Counted from the first letter of the stretch, positions 20,631 to 33,915 are shown. The stretch: 54,144 nucleotides of DNA from Mesotaenium endlicherianum (GCA_009602735.1 WELA01002318.1:186434-240577); one strand, 5' to 3'. Numbers and translations: made by a program. Notes: generated from the letters alone by a model not told the origin.

Positions 20631-20965
20631 CGCGTTGTTATTCCCAACTCTGCATTTGTGATTGCTCTTGACCTACATTGTTTGTTCTCTTTAATTGCAT
20701 CCTTTCGAGTCAAGCTTTGAGAAGGTTTTGTTTCTATTTTCGGCACCTTTCTGAAGCTAATTTCAATGTAAGATTTCCGGCGGAAGGAGCTTCAAGTCTA
20801 TTCATATTCAACATCCTCCTTGGTCACCTCATCTAAGACTCCTACTCTCCTTGTAGAGTAGCCAAGGGCATACGCGATTGCTTTATTGACACCTTATCAA
20901 ATTGTTACCTGAACATGAACACACACGCGCACGGGAACACGCTCGCACACACACACACGCACACA

Positions 20966-21004
<39 letters not shown>

Positions 21005-21044
21005 AGAAAGAGAGAGAGAGAGAGAGTGAGAGAGAGAGAGAGAG

Positions 21045-21770
21045 AGTGATGAATCAGTATATTAGTAGATACTATATTCATTTAAATATAATAGTAAATT
21101 AAGTTTAGCCTGCTGAACTCTAGTTAACAATCAGTCTGTTGGACTTCATATTTATATTTAATATCAGTTTAATGACTGAGCCGGAAGCAGCAGGCTGAAG
21201 TCAACTTAAGTCAGCTTGCTGACACATTCTTTGACAACTAGCTGACTTCCGTACTCGGTTGCAGCGAACTGCCTCGATATGCATCTAAGTGTGATATGCT
21301 AGATGAATTGCAAGATGACATCCCTATGATGGATGGCGATTCGGGATGATGGGAGATGGCGGTGGATTTGGTTAACCGAGGTCCTACCAACGTGGTTCAC
21401 TCTCGAGTAAGCGGTGCCATCGCACTGGCCATTGAACAGTAAACTCATTCCATGTACATATGCTAGGCATTGCTCTCGAGTTCGGCATTCGGAAACGAGG
21501 CCAACTCTCTTGTACAGCTTACTGAGAGAGATCTGAATCCAAGGCGAGAAGCCATTGATACGCACTGTCTTCTAACCTTGCTTATGTATGAGTTTATTGA
21601 TTGCATTATTGATGCTAGTCAACTCGCATTTGACTTACGAGTATTGATCACTGCTAGTGTGTTGTCTTTTGCCGTTCAACAAGTTAACGAAAAATACCAT
21701 AAAGATTACTTGCTGATATAAAGGTCTTTATTAATTTTTAATCGCCTATTTGGTAAGTCGATTCATTTCA
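21045..21770 (+). mobile_element. Solo LTR of the chromovirus family inserted in a (GA)n microsatellite
   Basis: Reverse complement of the intact LTRs, ending GTCGATTCATTTCA, with GAGAG on both sides. Confidence 0.9.
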
Positions 21771-21788
21771 GAGAGCGAGAGAGAGCGC

Positions 21789-21846
<58 letters not shown>

Positions 21847-24569
21847 GAGATTTATTCTAAATGTGGAGCATAATGACGTCAATGTACGATTGTGAGGATA
21901 CTAGTGGATGACACCTGATGACTTTCGCAGCAATCGCTCGCTCGTTCACATGCGTGTGCATATAAACGTACGCACACATGCATGCTGGCCCGCACGCAGG
22001 CCCGCACGAAGGTACGCACACATGCTCGACTTCATTCGTGTAGGCAGGCACCCCAGTGCTCCATTCCCGGCGCCCGCATGCATGGTGGACGGTTGCTCGC
22101 ACGTACGTGTCCGTCGCTTGTGTGAAACCTCCAGGACCATCCAGGACCAAAAGATTCACACGCTCGACGCACCCACGAAAAAAATCAATGGGATGAGCAC
22201 GATCGTGAGGATCTAAGCAATTCTGACAAAAGGCGCCCAAATAAACAATTTCGACGTTCGTGGGAAAAGTCTCCAACGGAATGGCCAAATCTGGAAGCAC
22301 GTGTAATCCATTTGGTGAATCTGGGCAGATTTGGGTGAGAGCGGAGGCTGGCGCAGGCCTGGCGCAGGCATTTATTCGCTCGCTTTTCATGCTTTGAAGC
22401 GTTCGCAATTCTGACGCTTCCACGAGGCAAACGTGCGGGTTCAGAGGGTTTGACAGCAGGTTGCTCGCCATTGCTCACCATTCCTCACGCCGTCACAAGG
22501 AAATGGCGAAAAACGCGATTTGGAGGCGAGCCAAATCGCGACAAATGCTGAGTGGTTTTTTGGCAAAATAATCGATTTAGATTGAGAGGATGGGTTGGGA
22601 AAATCTCGACGGGTGCCGTTTGCCCGTGCGCCTCGGTTCCAGTTTTCCGTGCGCCTCGGGAAGGGCTCGAGCGTGCGGGGTAAATTTTACCCGCTACCAA
22701 AAAGGTCCACCACCATGCGTGGGGCAAGGGGGATTGAGAGTATTCGGGTACCACCAAAGCAACTTGAAAGCACGGTACACCCTGAACTATTTAAAATTGC
22801 TGGAAATTGCTGGATACGGACCGACGCTCGCAAGCGTGTGTGTGGGTGCTGGTAAGTGTCTTTCAGCGCACATGCGTGCGAGTGTGTACATGCGGCACCT
22901 CAGATTCTTTGGGACTGCACTTTCAACTGAAAACAGAGTGGATTAGGTAAATGATGGATGTTATCCTATGTAAAGGACGTAATGGCGCGCGTGCGTGAGT
23001 GCATGATGCGCATATGTGCGCATGAATCCGTGCAACGGTGCGTCTATGCATGCAAAGCACGCAAGTGTTTATGCATAGGTGCATGCATATATGCTTGAGT
23101 GTGTATGCATGGATACGTGTGTGGTGTATGTAAAAGCTCACTTGCAAAATTCGTGAGTGTGTAGTTGCATATGGACGCTTGCATGCAAAGATGCAATTTA
23201 AGTAATGCTTTTGCTCCTGTGTTTGTGTACATGTTTAATGCGCACGCTTGAATGAGAACTTGCCAATTGTTTTGAGATGGTGCTTGTATGAAAGAGTGAA
23301 AGATTATTACTCGTACTTACATAAAATTTTCATGATACTGATTTGATTTTGTAAAAACATTTTTAAGAAAAACTTCGGATTTAGAATACGGTCAACTAGT
23401 CAAACAATATTTGTTGCAAATATTCACTTGCATCTTAGCTCAAGATGTGCACATGTATAGCAAGATCTACAATGGCAACAATTTACTTGTGGACTACGAG
23501 CGTATCGTTACGCCGTCGTCCACGAAATAAATGAAATACAAAACATATTCAAAGAAAATGATTATTTATACATTGAAGTGAACATTGGAGAATACTAATG
23601 CTAGAAGTTATTGATTTCAAGGCAAAGAATTACAATATGCATGTTGCGAGTGACAGCCATGGACTGTCTGACACGCGCGGCGGAAGTCGCGGCGAGTCAA
23701 AGTACGGTACGAAAACACGTTGATTAAAAAAGACCAAGTTACGTCAATCTCCAAAAGCGAGTCAGTCACGCAAGACTCCAGCAGAGGAGCAGAGAGCTCA
23801 GTGGCACAAGCGTGAGTCTCGAGCCGAGGTGTCATCAAAATTGCATGTGCAGCTTGGAGGGAAACACAAGTATGCACGGAATTGGAGTCCCATTTGCGAA
23901 GAAAAATGAAAGAAAGAGAAGAAAGAGCGTGAAGGAGAAGAACGTCATCCTCTTGGCAATCGGGAGCCGGAGAGCCACGCTTCTGCCGAGTGTATTCAAA
24001 ATTTCATTTTCTTTTGCATTCCAAACTTATAGATAAAACTAGTCCTATGAAGTTTCCTGGGCAAGATTCGACTTACTGAGAGGCTAGAGTTGGCATATTC
24101 GATTTGTTAGGAGAATTTTGGACAAAAACTAGAACAAACATCAAAGTGCATGAATAACGTATAAGATGAGTTGTTGGTTAGTTTTCAAGTACTTATAGGT
24201 CCTTTCTGCAAGAAGCAAGTGCTATAATTGAGATCTCAATGAAGAATTGAGAAGATAGATATACAATAAATATTGATAAGCATAACTAAGGGCAGAGAAG
24301 CTCTGGCCAACTAGCAATAGGTTGTTGTAAATGTAAAAGTTTGACAAGTTTGTATTTTGAATGAACAATAAAGCGAAAGTCTGAAAAGGTAACTATCTTT
24401 GAGTCCTGTCAACCCTAGCACAACTTGCAAATCATGCATGCAAACTACAGATTGTGAACTCCTCAACATGGGCAAAAAGCGCGCCTAGAAGTTCTTAGTA
24501 TTGCACTACTTCTGAAAGCATATGTTGACTTGGTTGTAACATGATCACTGAAAATTGGAAAATGTATGA

Positions 24570-25803
24570 ATTTCATCAGCCGACCCTGAAGAGGGGGCAA
24601 GCAAAAGTGAACTGTGTATGGAGTCGAAGAGTGGTAGTGTAGTGATACGAACGAAAAGGTAACTCGAGGTACTTTGATCGCGCTCCAATCGGACTTATAC
24701 GATTCAAACCGACACATTTCGGTCACATTCGGTCCACGTCACGTGTCGCACGCGCCGCAACCGGCCACGTGGCGGATCGTTACACTCCTCCCACCTACAC
24801 GTGTGCAAGTCTCGGGCACTTATGCCGCGGCGGCGCGAGGGACATTGTTTCGGGATAGTGTCCTTTCTTCGTACGATCCAAAGATCGCCATACGGTTGTA
24901 CCATCGACCATTCTTGCACCCAAAGCATTTACGTTCTCACTAGGACTTGATCCCTGGTATCCTGGACACAGTTGCGAACGTTCGCGCTTCGATACCATTG
25001 TAGCGATACGAACGAAAGGTTAACTCGAGGTACTTTGATAGCGCGCCAATAGTCTTATACAATTCAAACCGGCACTTTTTGGTCACATTGGGTCGCCCCA
25101 CGTAACGTGTCAAACTCGTCGCAACCGTCCACGTGTTGGATCGCTATAGGTAGAACATACTATCCTTTGGAGCCTACACAAGGGGACAACAAAAGTCAAG
25201 CAGAGAGTGAGATATTTGAGCTACCTGACGACTCGTGGCAAGCGCAGACGTCGGAAGACAAAAGGTCACAAGACTTCTTTAACTGTGAGACCTCTTATAG
25301 CAAGCGATATTATGTTTGAGAGTTGGACAGATGGCAAAATGCTTGGTCTAAAGTTAGAAAGTTCTGGTCACCAGTTAAGACGATTGGTGACAAAAAGGAT
25401 GAGAATCCTAAAACCAAAATGTCGCTAAATTGCTTAAGCAAACGAATTGATAAGAACTCCCTTACTTATGAGAATTCCTAGTTACGGAATACTTGCGTAC
25501 CGGTCCAAGAGCATCGGATTATACCACATAATTTCACGTGCTTTAAAAGTACCAAAAGAACGCGTCTAAGAAACGTGAAAAGAAATCTTTGACAAGTATA
25601 TAATGCTGATATCATCTCCTTTTTTCTATCACTTTCTGCTTGTAGCAAATTGATACCTCTACCACTGGCAATCAAACGCGCTCGAGGTTTTGAAGTAATG
25701 TGGAAGTTATGAAGCTTTTTCTCTTTACTAAAAATCTTGGAAAATAGAAATACGCGCGTATTTTCATCATACACGTATAACTTTAATATGTTTTTATTAT
25801 ACT
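24570..25803 (+). pseudogene. Possible decayed ORF internal to element A, interrupted by the TRIM
   Basis: Removing the TRIM and one TSD gives a single frame of ~240 codons with only about 4 internal stops in AT-rich DNA. No recognisable motif. Confidence 0.3.
24638..25148 (-). mobile_element. TRIM (terminal-repeat retrotransposon in miniature), 511 bp
   Basis: Direct repeats at 24638-24784 (TGTAG...TTACA) and 24999-25148. The 5-bp TSD GGTAG is at 24633-24637 and 25149-25153. On the minus strand, a PBS TGGTATC lies at 24991-24997 and a PPT GGTGGGAGGAG at 24785-24795. Confidence 0.9.
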
Positions 25804-26909
25804 AATACTTTGTATTCGTATTCCATCACTGGGTGAAGAGTTTGAGGAGATATAATGAACATATGTCTTTGAGAGGATCCGGGAAGATGCCTCATACTCG
25901 CAGCCTGTGTCATTTATAATTTGGTTCAGTTATTGACTGATGACGCTTTGTTGCTTATTGACAGTTTCAAAAGGATGAAAACCTCACTTTGGAATAGGCG
26001 TTAAAAGAGCAAAAGCGAGCTACAATTCTAACATTCAGGAAGAAGTTGTGAAAGTGAAACTAGCTGCTCTGCTGATAAGAGGAGTGGTAAAATCCACCCC
26101 TTTTTTTGCGTCATGCATGACTGTCTTAACAGGTACATTGTCTGTGGCGTTAAAGCAATTGGAGGAAATTTGAAAGAAACACGCGGTCGTTAAAAGTACT
26201 TTGAAGCCTTGAGAGGAAGAGTAGATGGATTATTTACTTAATTGACAAAGATGCTGTGCGGAGTCCTGTATCTGATTCTGTCATGGCCATTTAAATGACT
26301 GCTGAATTTAGGCATACAGGCGCAACATTGACTGGATACCAAAAGGAGAATAGAAGTTGGGGACGACCAGCTAAGCCCTACCCATTGCTTGCGTTAAGTT
26401 TATAAGCTCCTTGAAGCATGCTTTCCAAAGAATAGCAATGACAAGGTCCATCAAAATTTCAATATTGCTCGTCGCATTATGCAAAGTGTAGCCCGTATAT
26501 ATACATGTGTGTATATACTCTTACGAACTATGCATTTATGGGATGCAATAATGCAAACTATAGCTCATATGTATACACGCATGCAGATACTCAAATAAGC
26601 TTGCAATATTGTGAAGCATCAAGTCATAATTTAGATAAATGCATTCATATATTACTTAATATGCTTGCACGCGATAAAGTGAGTTGGTCGTCTAATATGT
26701 TACAATACACAATTGTATACGAGTTACAAACTAATGCAAAACATTGAGCTATAATGTATACATACATACACATCACTACGCTCTTTGTTACTTGCCAAAT
26801 GACAAACCAACATATGGTACATCCTTAATATACCATATACACAAGCAATCACGACCACCAAAATTGTAACGATATTTAGTAATCTAATAAAAGCCAAATA
26901 TGTGGATTG

Positions 26910-27128
26910 TTACAATATGGCCAGATAAAAATGTAGGCGAATAGCAATTCGGAATGATGGGAGATGGTTGTGGGCTTGGTTAGCAAATGTCGTGCCAACA
27001 AGGCCAACTCTTGGCAAGGTGGTGCAATCGCATTGTTGTTGAATTGTAAACTCATTCCACATATACATGCTAGAGCAGCTAATCGAGTTTGACATTTGAA
27101 AATGAGGACTCTCTGTATAATTTTACTG
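26910..27128 (+). repeat. Degenerate fragment of the chromovirus LTR
   Basis: ATTCGGAATGATGGGAGATGG and GTAAACTCATTCCA motifs are shared with the intact LTRs. Confidence 0.65.
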
Positions 27129-27248
27129 TGAAAAGGTGTACGAGCTGCACCACTTCAACCACAGCAAGGGAGAGACGATTTGCATGATGCACCGCCACTT
27201 GGCCCACCTATGCAAAGATTCGGGTATCGTCATTTACCGTGAGGCCGC

Positions 27249-27969
27249 TGAAATGAATCGACTTATCAAATAGGCGATTAACAATTAATAAAGATCTTTA
27301 TATCAGCAAGTAATCTTTATGGTATTTTCCGTTAACTGGTCTAACGGCAAAGGACAACACACTAGCAGTGAATAATACTCGTAAGTCAAATGCAAGTAAA
27401 CCAGCATCAATAATGCAATCAGTAAACCCATACATAAGCAAGGTTGGAAGACAGTGCGTATCAATGGCTTCTTGCCTTGGATTCAGATCTCTCTCAGTAA
27501 GCTGTAACCAGAGAGTTGGCCTCGTTTTCGAATGCCGAACTCGAGAGCAATGCCTAGCATATGTACATGGAATGAGTATACTGTTCAACGGTCAGTGCGA
27601 TGGCACCGCCTACCCGGGAGTTAACCACGTTGGTAGAACCTCGGTTAACCAAATCCACCGCCATCTCCCATCATCCCGAATCGCCATCCATCATAGGGAT
27701 ATCATCTGGCCATTCATCTAGCATACCACACTTAGATGCATATCAAGGCAGTTCGCTGCTACCGAGTACGGAAGTCAGCTGGCTGTCAAAGAATGTGTCA
27801 GCAAGCTGACTTAAGGTGACCTCAGCCTGCTACTTCCGGCCGAGTCATTAAACTGATATTAAATATAAAGTCCAGCAAACTGATCATAAATTGAAGTTCA
27901 GCAAGCTGAACTTATATAACTAAATTATTTAAATGAATATTATATCAACCAATATACTGATTCACTACA
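27249..27969 (-). repeat. 3' LTR of element 1 (721 bp)
   Basis: Direct repeat of 35404-36124, adjacent to the PPT. Confidence 0.95.
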
Positions 27970-28054
27970 ATCCCTCCAACTTATCATGTTGTCGCCTCGA
28001 CAACACTCACACTAATAACAGCGTGCTGTCCCTCTCGTCCCCAGCCTACTGCCC

Positions 28055-29722
28055 TTAGGAGGGAGATGTCCCTGAGGCCCTAAACTGAGGGGAGCCAGAC
28101 CTCCTCCTGTCTTGGGGTCTTCTGAAGCCTGTCAGAGAAGGAGGTTCCGTGTAAGGACCCGGCGGCGAACGCAATAACTGGGCTGTTTCCTCCTGCATTG
28201 CCTGAAACTGAAGGGAGGCAGCCTTCTCCTGGGCAGCCCTCAAGCTGACAGGTACGTATACCGGCATCCCAGAAGGATGTTGCATGACATGAGCCAAGGG
28301 TACATGCCCTCTCTGCGAGGGAGATGCTGGCAGGCCTCTGGCTATCTCTCGAGCAGCCCTCCTGTCTGCCCTGTCTGACTGGGTCTCCTTGCCTGGAGAT
28401 GGGCTCTGTCCTCTGGCAGTCCCCAGCCAAGTGATATCCTCCTCTTCAGCGAGTTGCTGCAGGGCCAACCCCGTCTTCTCCCTTATAGGGGATGTGGCAG
28501 GCGTCAGGATCACGGCGGGGCTAGTGTCCTCCTCCTCGCCTTCCTCCTCGTCTTCCTCTGACTCCTCCTCCTCGCCGTCCCCGGGTTCCTCTGAGACTTC
28601 TGGGGTCTCTTCTGTCAGCTGCTCCAGCTCTTCCCGAGAAAAAGAATATCCTACTGACCTTCCCCTTTTGGGTGCTGGTGGGGGCTGCTGAGTCCGGACC
28701 GCATAGAGGTCCTTTTCCCCCTGCTTACTTGCCCATTTGGCATAAGCGTGCTTCCCTTTGGAGAATGACTCTCGGGCCCTGCTTCTGTCCCCCTGCATCT
28801 CCTGGCTCATGCAGTCTCTGACTCCATCCAATCTTGGGTCCCAAGCCGCAATGTGAGGGGGCAATACTATGTTCCCCTTTAGGTCTGTCAGGAAATCCTC
28901 ATCCGTCGCCCTGACTTTCTGCTGGTCCCTCATGTTGATGGTCATTCACCGCCAATCGGTGGGCTTTTGGAAGAAGGCAGGGTCTGTCCTTTTAAGAGTA
29001 CAAGGCTACCAGTGCCCTGCAAAGTCTAGCTGACTGGTTGCCCTGGCCAAGAATTCCCAGCTCCTCCTCTCCACCTCGTTGTGCATGGCCTTGAACCTGT
29101 CATGGGGTGTTGAGTCCTTGAAGCTGTCCGCGTCCATGGGGATCATCCTGATGACCCTATCTTCCCCCCAGATACCAGGAATCGAGACAGCCCCTGCTTC
29201 GTTCACCTGGGCCATTGCCTTGGCCTCTCTGACCGTATATCCTACCATCCTGGCGTAATCGTGGTAGAGGAGGAGCCCTGTGCCGACCTCTATATACTTG
29301 TCAAAGTTTTCGGATGTCTCCCCTTCCCTCTGGAGGATTTCCTTCTGCGACTCACTGCGACTTCTCTGGGCATACTTGAAGGCCTCCTCCAGTAGATCAA
29401 AGCCCTTGCCCAGCACTGTGTAGCGGTAGCTGCTGATTCTCCTCTGTTCTTCTTCTTCAGCCTGCTGCTTCCGCTTCTCCTCAGCTTGCCTCTCCTCCTC
29501 TGCTTTCTTGGCCTCCTCTGCAGCTTTTCTGTCCATTTCTTCCTGCCTCAGTCTGGCCTGTTCCTCCTCCTCCTTCTTCTTCTGTGCCTCCCGCTGTTGT
29601 TGGAGTCGTTGTGATTCCCGAGCGGAGATGGAAGATGATTCGATGTCTCCACGGAATTGCAAGTATTCTGCATGTGCCTCTTCCGCCCTTCTCTTCCTCT
29701 TGAGTTCCGACTTTTGAGTCAT
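28055..29722 (-). pseudogene. ORF3 of element 1, accessory protein of unknown function (~555 codons, in-frame stops at 29006-29008 and 28946-28948)
   Basis: Colinear homolog of the element-2 ORF3 (YRYTV, DYARMVGYT, DSFKD, NEVERRSWEFLAR, PTDWR, LPPHIAAWDPRL, FSKGKHA, PASPSxxGHVPLA, QHPxGMPVYV). Confidence 0.85.
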
Positions 29723-30046
29723 CCTGCTCAATCATAAACACAATGCAGTTAGTGAAGTCATGATATTTTGCCGCTACTGAGTGCCCTTGATGAAGAGGAA
29801 CGCGATCGGGAGAGTTCCTAGTGTGGAATACCTGGTGTGAGTGAATATAAGGGAAAATTGAGTTAGAGAGCAAGTGAGTGTGAGCGCAGGTTGAGTGTGT
29901 AATATGGTGATCAGAGAATACCACTCCCTCCAACTTAATTTTAAAGGTGGGCTGCCTGTCACAACTATCACTAACTGTCACATCCCCCTCCAACTTATAT
30001 GGAGACAGGACCGCCTGTCACCTTCCCGTGTCAACTGAAATGACTG

Positions 30047-33000
30047 TTATGAAGGTGCCCCAGCCGCCCGAAGGTGGAACCATTTCAACGCTCCTTTGGC
30101 ATTGGTCAGCTGATCTTTAAATTCCCAAGTGTCCCCAGAGGCATCGTAACCCTTCCATCGGATGCGATACTTCATGACATATTTAGACGATCGACGGACC
30201 GAGCGAGCGTCTAAAATCTCATCGACCTCATATTCCTCAGGATCGCCGTCNNNNNNNNNNNNNNNNNNNNNNNNNNNNNNNNNNNNNNNNNNNNNNNNNN
30301 NNNNNNNNNNNNNNNNNNNNNNNNNNNNNNNNNNNNNNNNNNNNNNNNNNNNNNNNNNNNNNNNNNNNNNNNNNNNNNNNNNNNNNNNNNNNNNNNNNNN
30401 NNNNNNNNNNNNNNNNNNNNNNNNNNNNNNNNNNNNNNNNNNNNNNNNNNNNNNNNNNNNNNNNNNNNNNNNNNNNNNNNNNNNNNNNNNNNNNNNNNNN
30501 NNNNNNNNNNNNNNNNNNNNNNNNNNNNNNNNNNNNNNNNNNNNNNNNNNNNNNNNNNNNNNNNNNNNNNNNNNNNNNNNNNNNNNNNNNNNNNNNNNNN
30601 NNNNNNNNNNNNNNNNNNNNNNNNNNNNNNGTTTCGTTGGGCTTTTGACAGGGTGTCGGCAAACTCCTGAGTTAACTGGAGGGAGACCGGGTTGTCAATC
30701 CCTTGCGGGTCAGTTAAAGACTCCCCCACTACATCTGAAGGAGACTTAGGGACTCTACCCAGGCTGAGTTCAAAAGGAGTCTTGCCCGTTGACGTGTGCA
30801 CCGCACTGTTGACCGCAAACTGAATTTGAGGCAACAGGTCATCCCAATTATCTTGTTTTTGGTTAATATATGCTCTCAGCACCTCCTGCAGAACTCGGTT
30901 AGTTCTTTCAGTCTGCCCATCAGTTTGAGGGTGGTTTGCTGTGCTGAGAAGCTGTTTGACCCTCATTAACCCCATTAAAGCTCTCCAGAACTTAGAGGTA
31001 AATTTGGAGTCTCTGTTTGAGATGATATTAGAAGGGAGCCCATGTTGGCATACTACATGGTTGTAGAACTGTCTCGCTGTTTCGAGTGCAGTCACTTTGA
31101 CAGTTGTGGGGATAAAAATGACCATTTTTGTCAGTTTATCCACGACTACCAGTATTGAATCATGCCCATTGGCAGTTCTTGGTAGTGAGACCACCCAGTC
31201 CATGGATATAGTTTCCCAGCGTCCAGCTGGGATGGGCAGCGGTTGCAAGAGACCTCCGGGTGGTGTGTGCCGAGACTTATTTCTCTGACACTGGTCACAG
31301 GACTTGACATATTTCAAGACCTCCCGGGGTAACCCCTCCCAATGATAATGTTTTGCCAGTTTGCCAACAGTTTTGGCCTGCCCCAAATGTCCACCCAGGA
31401 AACTGTCATGCGCTTGACTCAGTAAGAGAGACCGTATTTCCAAGTTATTAGGAATGACCAGCTTCAGCCTGCCTGAAGTGGTTTCAGTCACCCAGACCCC
31501 TCCCTTAAGCTTATACCCGAGTGCAGTAGCACGACACACACCAGTAGTGGAGCTGGGCTCAAATGTTGGGTTAGAAAGGTAGGCTTTTCTAAATTGTTCT
31601 AGGAAGGACTTTTTCACCTTTAGTGAAGTGAGTGCACACAGGACTTTATCTACAGCATGCTGACTAAAGTTCTTTGCTTGCAAGTCAGGTGTTCAAGAGA
31701 GTGCATCAGCAGGATTTAACGTCCCCGGTTTGTAGTCGATCTGGACTTGGAACTGCTCCAGCATCTGGCTCCAGCGGTTCTCCCTCCTCGACAGCTTGGA
31801 CTTCTTCTGAAAGTGGGTCAGAGCTAGATGATCTGTAATCACCTTAAAAGCTTTACCATGTAAGTATGCTCTCTACTATTTGAGTACATGAATGATAGCT
31901 AGCAGCTCTTTATCATGCACTGAGTAATTAATCTCCGCTGGATTAAATTTCATAGACTCATACAACACAGGATGCCACTCCTGCCGTACCTTACCATCCT
32001 TTGTGGTTTAGTCAGCAGGCTGCAACAAAACAGCACCCATGGAAAAGTCAGAGGCATCAGTAACCACCTGCACCGGTTTGCTGGGGTCATACACGGCTAG
32101 CACCGGGGCAGAACAAAGGGCATCTTTAAGGGTCCGGAAGGCAGCCTGCTGCTCTTCCCCCCACACATACCCACTGTCTTTCTTAGTAAGGTCAGTCAGT
32201 TTACTGGCCTTTGTGGAATAATTCTCAATAAATCTCCTATAGTAGTTAGCCAACCCGAGGAAGGATCTGTCTTCAGAGACAGACTGTGGTACTGGCCAGT
32301 CCCTTATGGTCTGGACATTCTTAGGATCCACGCTGATGCCCTTTTTACTAACAATGTGGCCTAAGAATTCAATACTGTCTTTAAAGAAATCACACTTGCT
32401 CATTTTAGCATATAAGTGATTCGTTCTCAGAGTGTCTAGGACTGTCTTTAAGTGTTCAGCGTGCTGAGCTTCATCTTTAGAGAAAATTAAAATATCATCC
32501 AGGAAAACTTGCACAAACTTATCCAAATAAGGTCTGAAAATGTCATTCATAGCACCCATAAAGGTAGCAGGAGCATTAGTCAGTCCAAATGGCATCACGT
32601 TGAACTCATAGTGTCCATAACGTGTGCGGAAAGCAGTCTTGTGTTCATCCCCCTCAGCAATTCTGATTTGATGATAACCACTCTTGAGATCTATCTTACT
32701 GAACACCTTAGCGCCAGACAGGGTATCAAGCAAGTCCTCGATTCTGGGTAAAGCATACTTGTTCTTTACTGTAATTCTGTTCAGGGCTCTGTAATCCACA
32801 CACATCCGCATACTGCCATCCTTTTTCTTAACAAATAGGATAGGTGCGCCGTACGGTGATTTACTGGGAGAAATGTAACCATTTTCCTCCAGCTCTGCAA
32901 TCTGTGTTTTCAACTCCTCGCTCTCCAAATAAGACAAGCCATAAGTGCGTTGCCAGGGTGGCTGGCTACCAGGTAATAGATCAATCCTATGATCTACTTC

Positions 33001-33915
33001 CCTTTTAGGGGGTAGTCCTGGAGGCATGTTAAACACATCAGTGTACTGAGCAACAATTTTTGCAGCAGTAGGGTGCTCCGGAGGGCTTACCTTTTTCTCA
33101 ACCACTTCTTCAGGTTGAGGAGGTACCTCTCTTAGCAGCAGACAGAACATTCTGTCTTCCTTCTGGTTCCAGCTTTTGACGAACTCCATTGCATTCAGCA
33201 ACTTGCATCCTTCTGGAAGCCTCTTCTTTTCCTTCATTTGCCATCCACACAGGACAAGAGGAAGAGCACTGGTGGGTGCCAAGTCAGTCTGCCCATCACT
33301 GGCTCCTCTCACTTTAACTGTACCTCTGCTCCAACACACTTCAGCTTGATGTCTATTAAGCCAGGACCTGCCTAGCACGAGATCATAAAAGCCAGTGTTG
33401 AGTACCTCAAATGTAAGCGTTTCAGTTAGAACTGCAATGCCAGAACCTAACTGGACCTCAATAGGCTTGGTTATAACTCCTCCCGGGATACTTGAGGCAT
33501 CTCCAAGGAATATTTTTCTATTCCCTTGGGTGACAGTAGGCAGCCTTAGCCGCTTAACTAAGTCCTTGTGAATAAAAGTATGTGACGCCCCTCCGTCAAC
33601 AAATGCCCTCACCTTCCTACCTGCAATCATGCAATGCAGTAGGATAGGGGGGACTGTCTTTTCCTGACTTTCGCATTGTTCTCCTGACGTAGCAAAGAAA
33701 TGTTGGACATCAGGTGGAACAAGAGCATCCAGAGTGTGCACTCTCTGGACGTCTATATTACTGATGGTCTCCTTTATCTGTTTGTCAGGCATGCATAGTG
33801 AATCCAGTTCAGCAGGACCCATAATACCTGCTACGAGGGCAGCTAGTGACGACTCACTATCTCTAGCATCCTCACAGTCAGTAGACTGGATTACTGACTG
33901 TTGCTGTCTTTTAAA
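30047..33915 (-). pseudogene. pol: pol of element 1 (PR-RT-RH-IN-chromodomain) with several premature stops and an assembly gap
   Basis: Near-identical to the element-2 pol, but with stops at ~32008, two adjacent stops at ~31875-31880 and one at ~31693. N-gap at 30251-30630. Confidence 0.92.

Larger units (their letters stand above)
15024..22597. mobile_element. Long-TIR DNA transposon (element B), non-autonomous or decayed, inserted in the left TIR of element A; 7-bp TSD GGAAAAT
   Basis: 15024-15663 and 21966-22597 are near-identical inverted repeats (~640 bp; mirrored ORFs in the track) with termini CAACCCA...TGGGTTG. GGAAAAT occurs at 15017-15023 and 22598-22604. The empty-site sequence is preserved in the right TIR of A (48282-48300). 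Confidence 0.93.
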
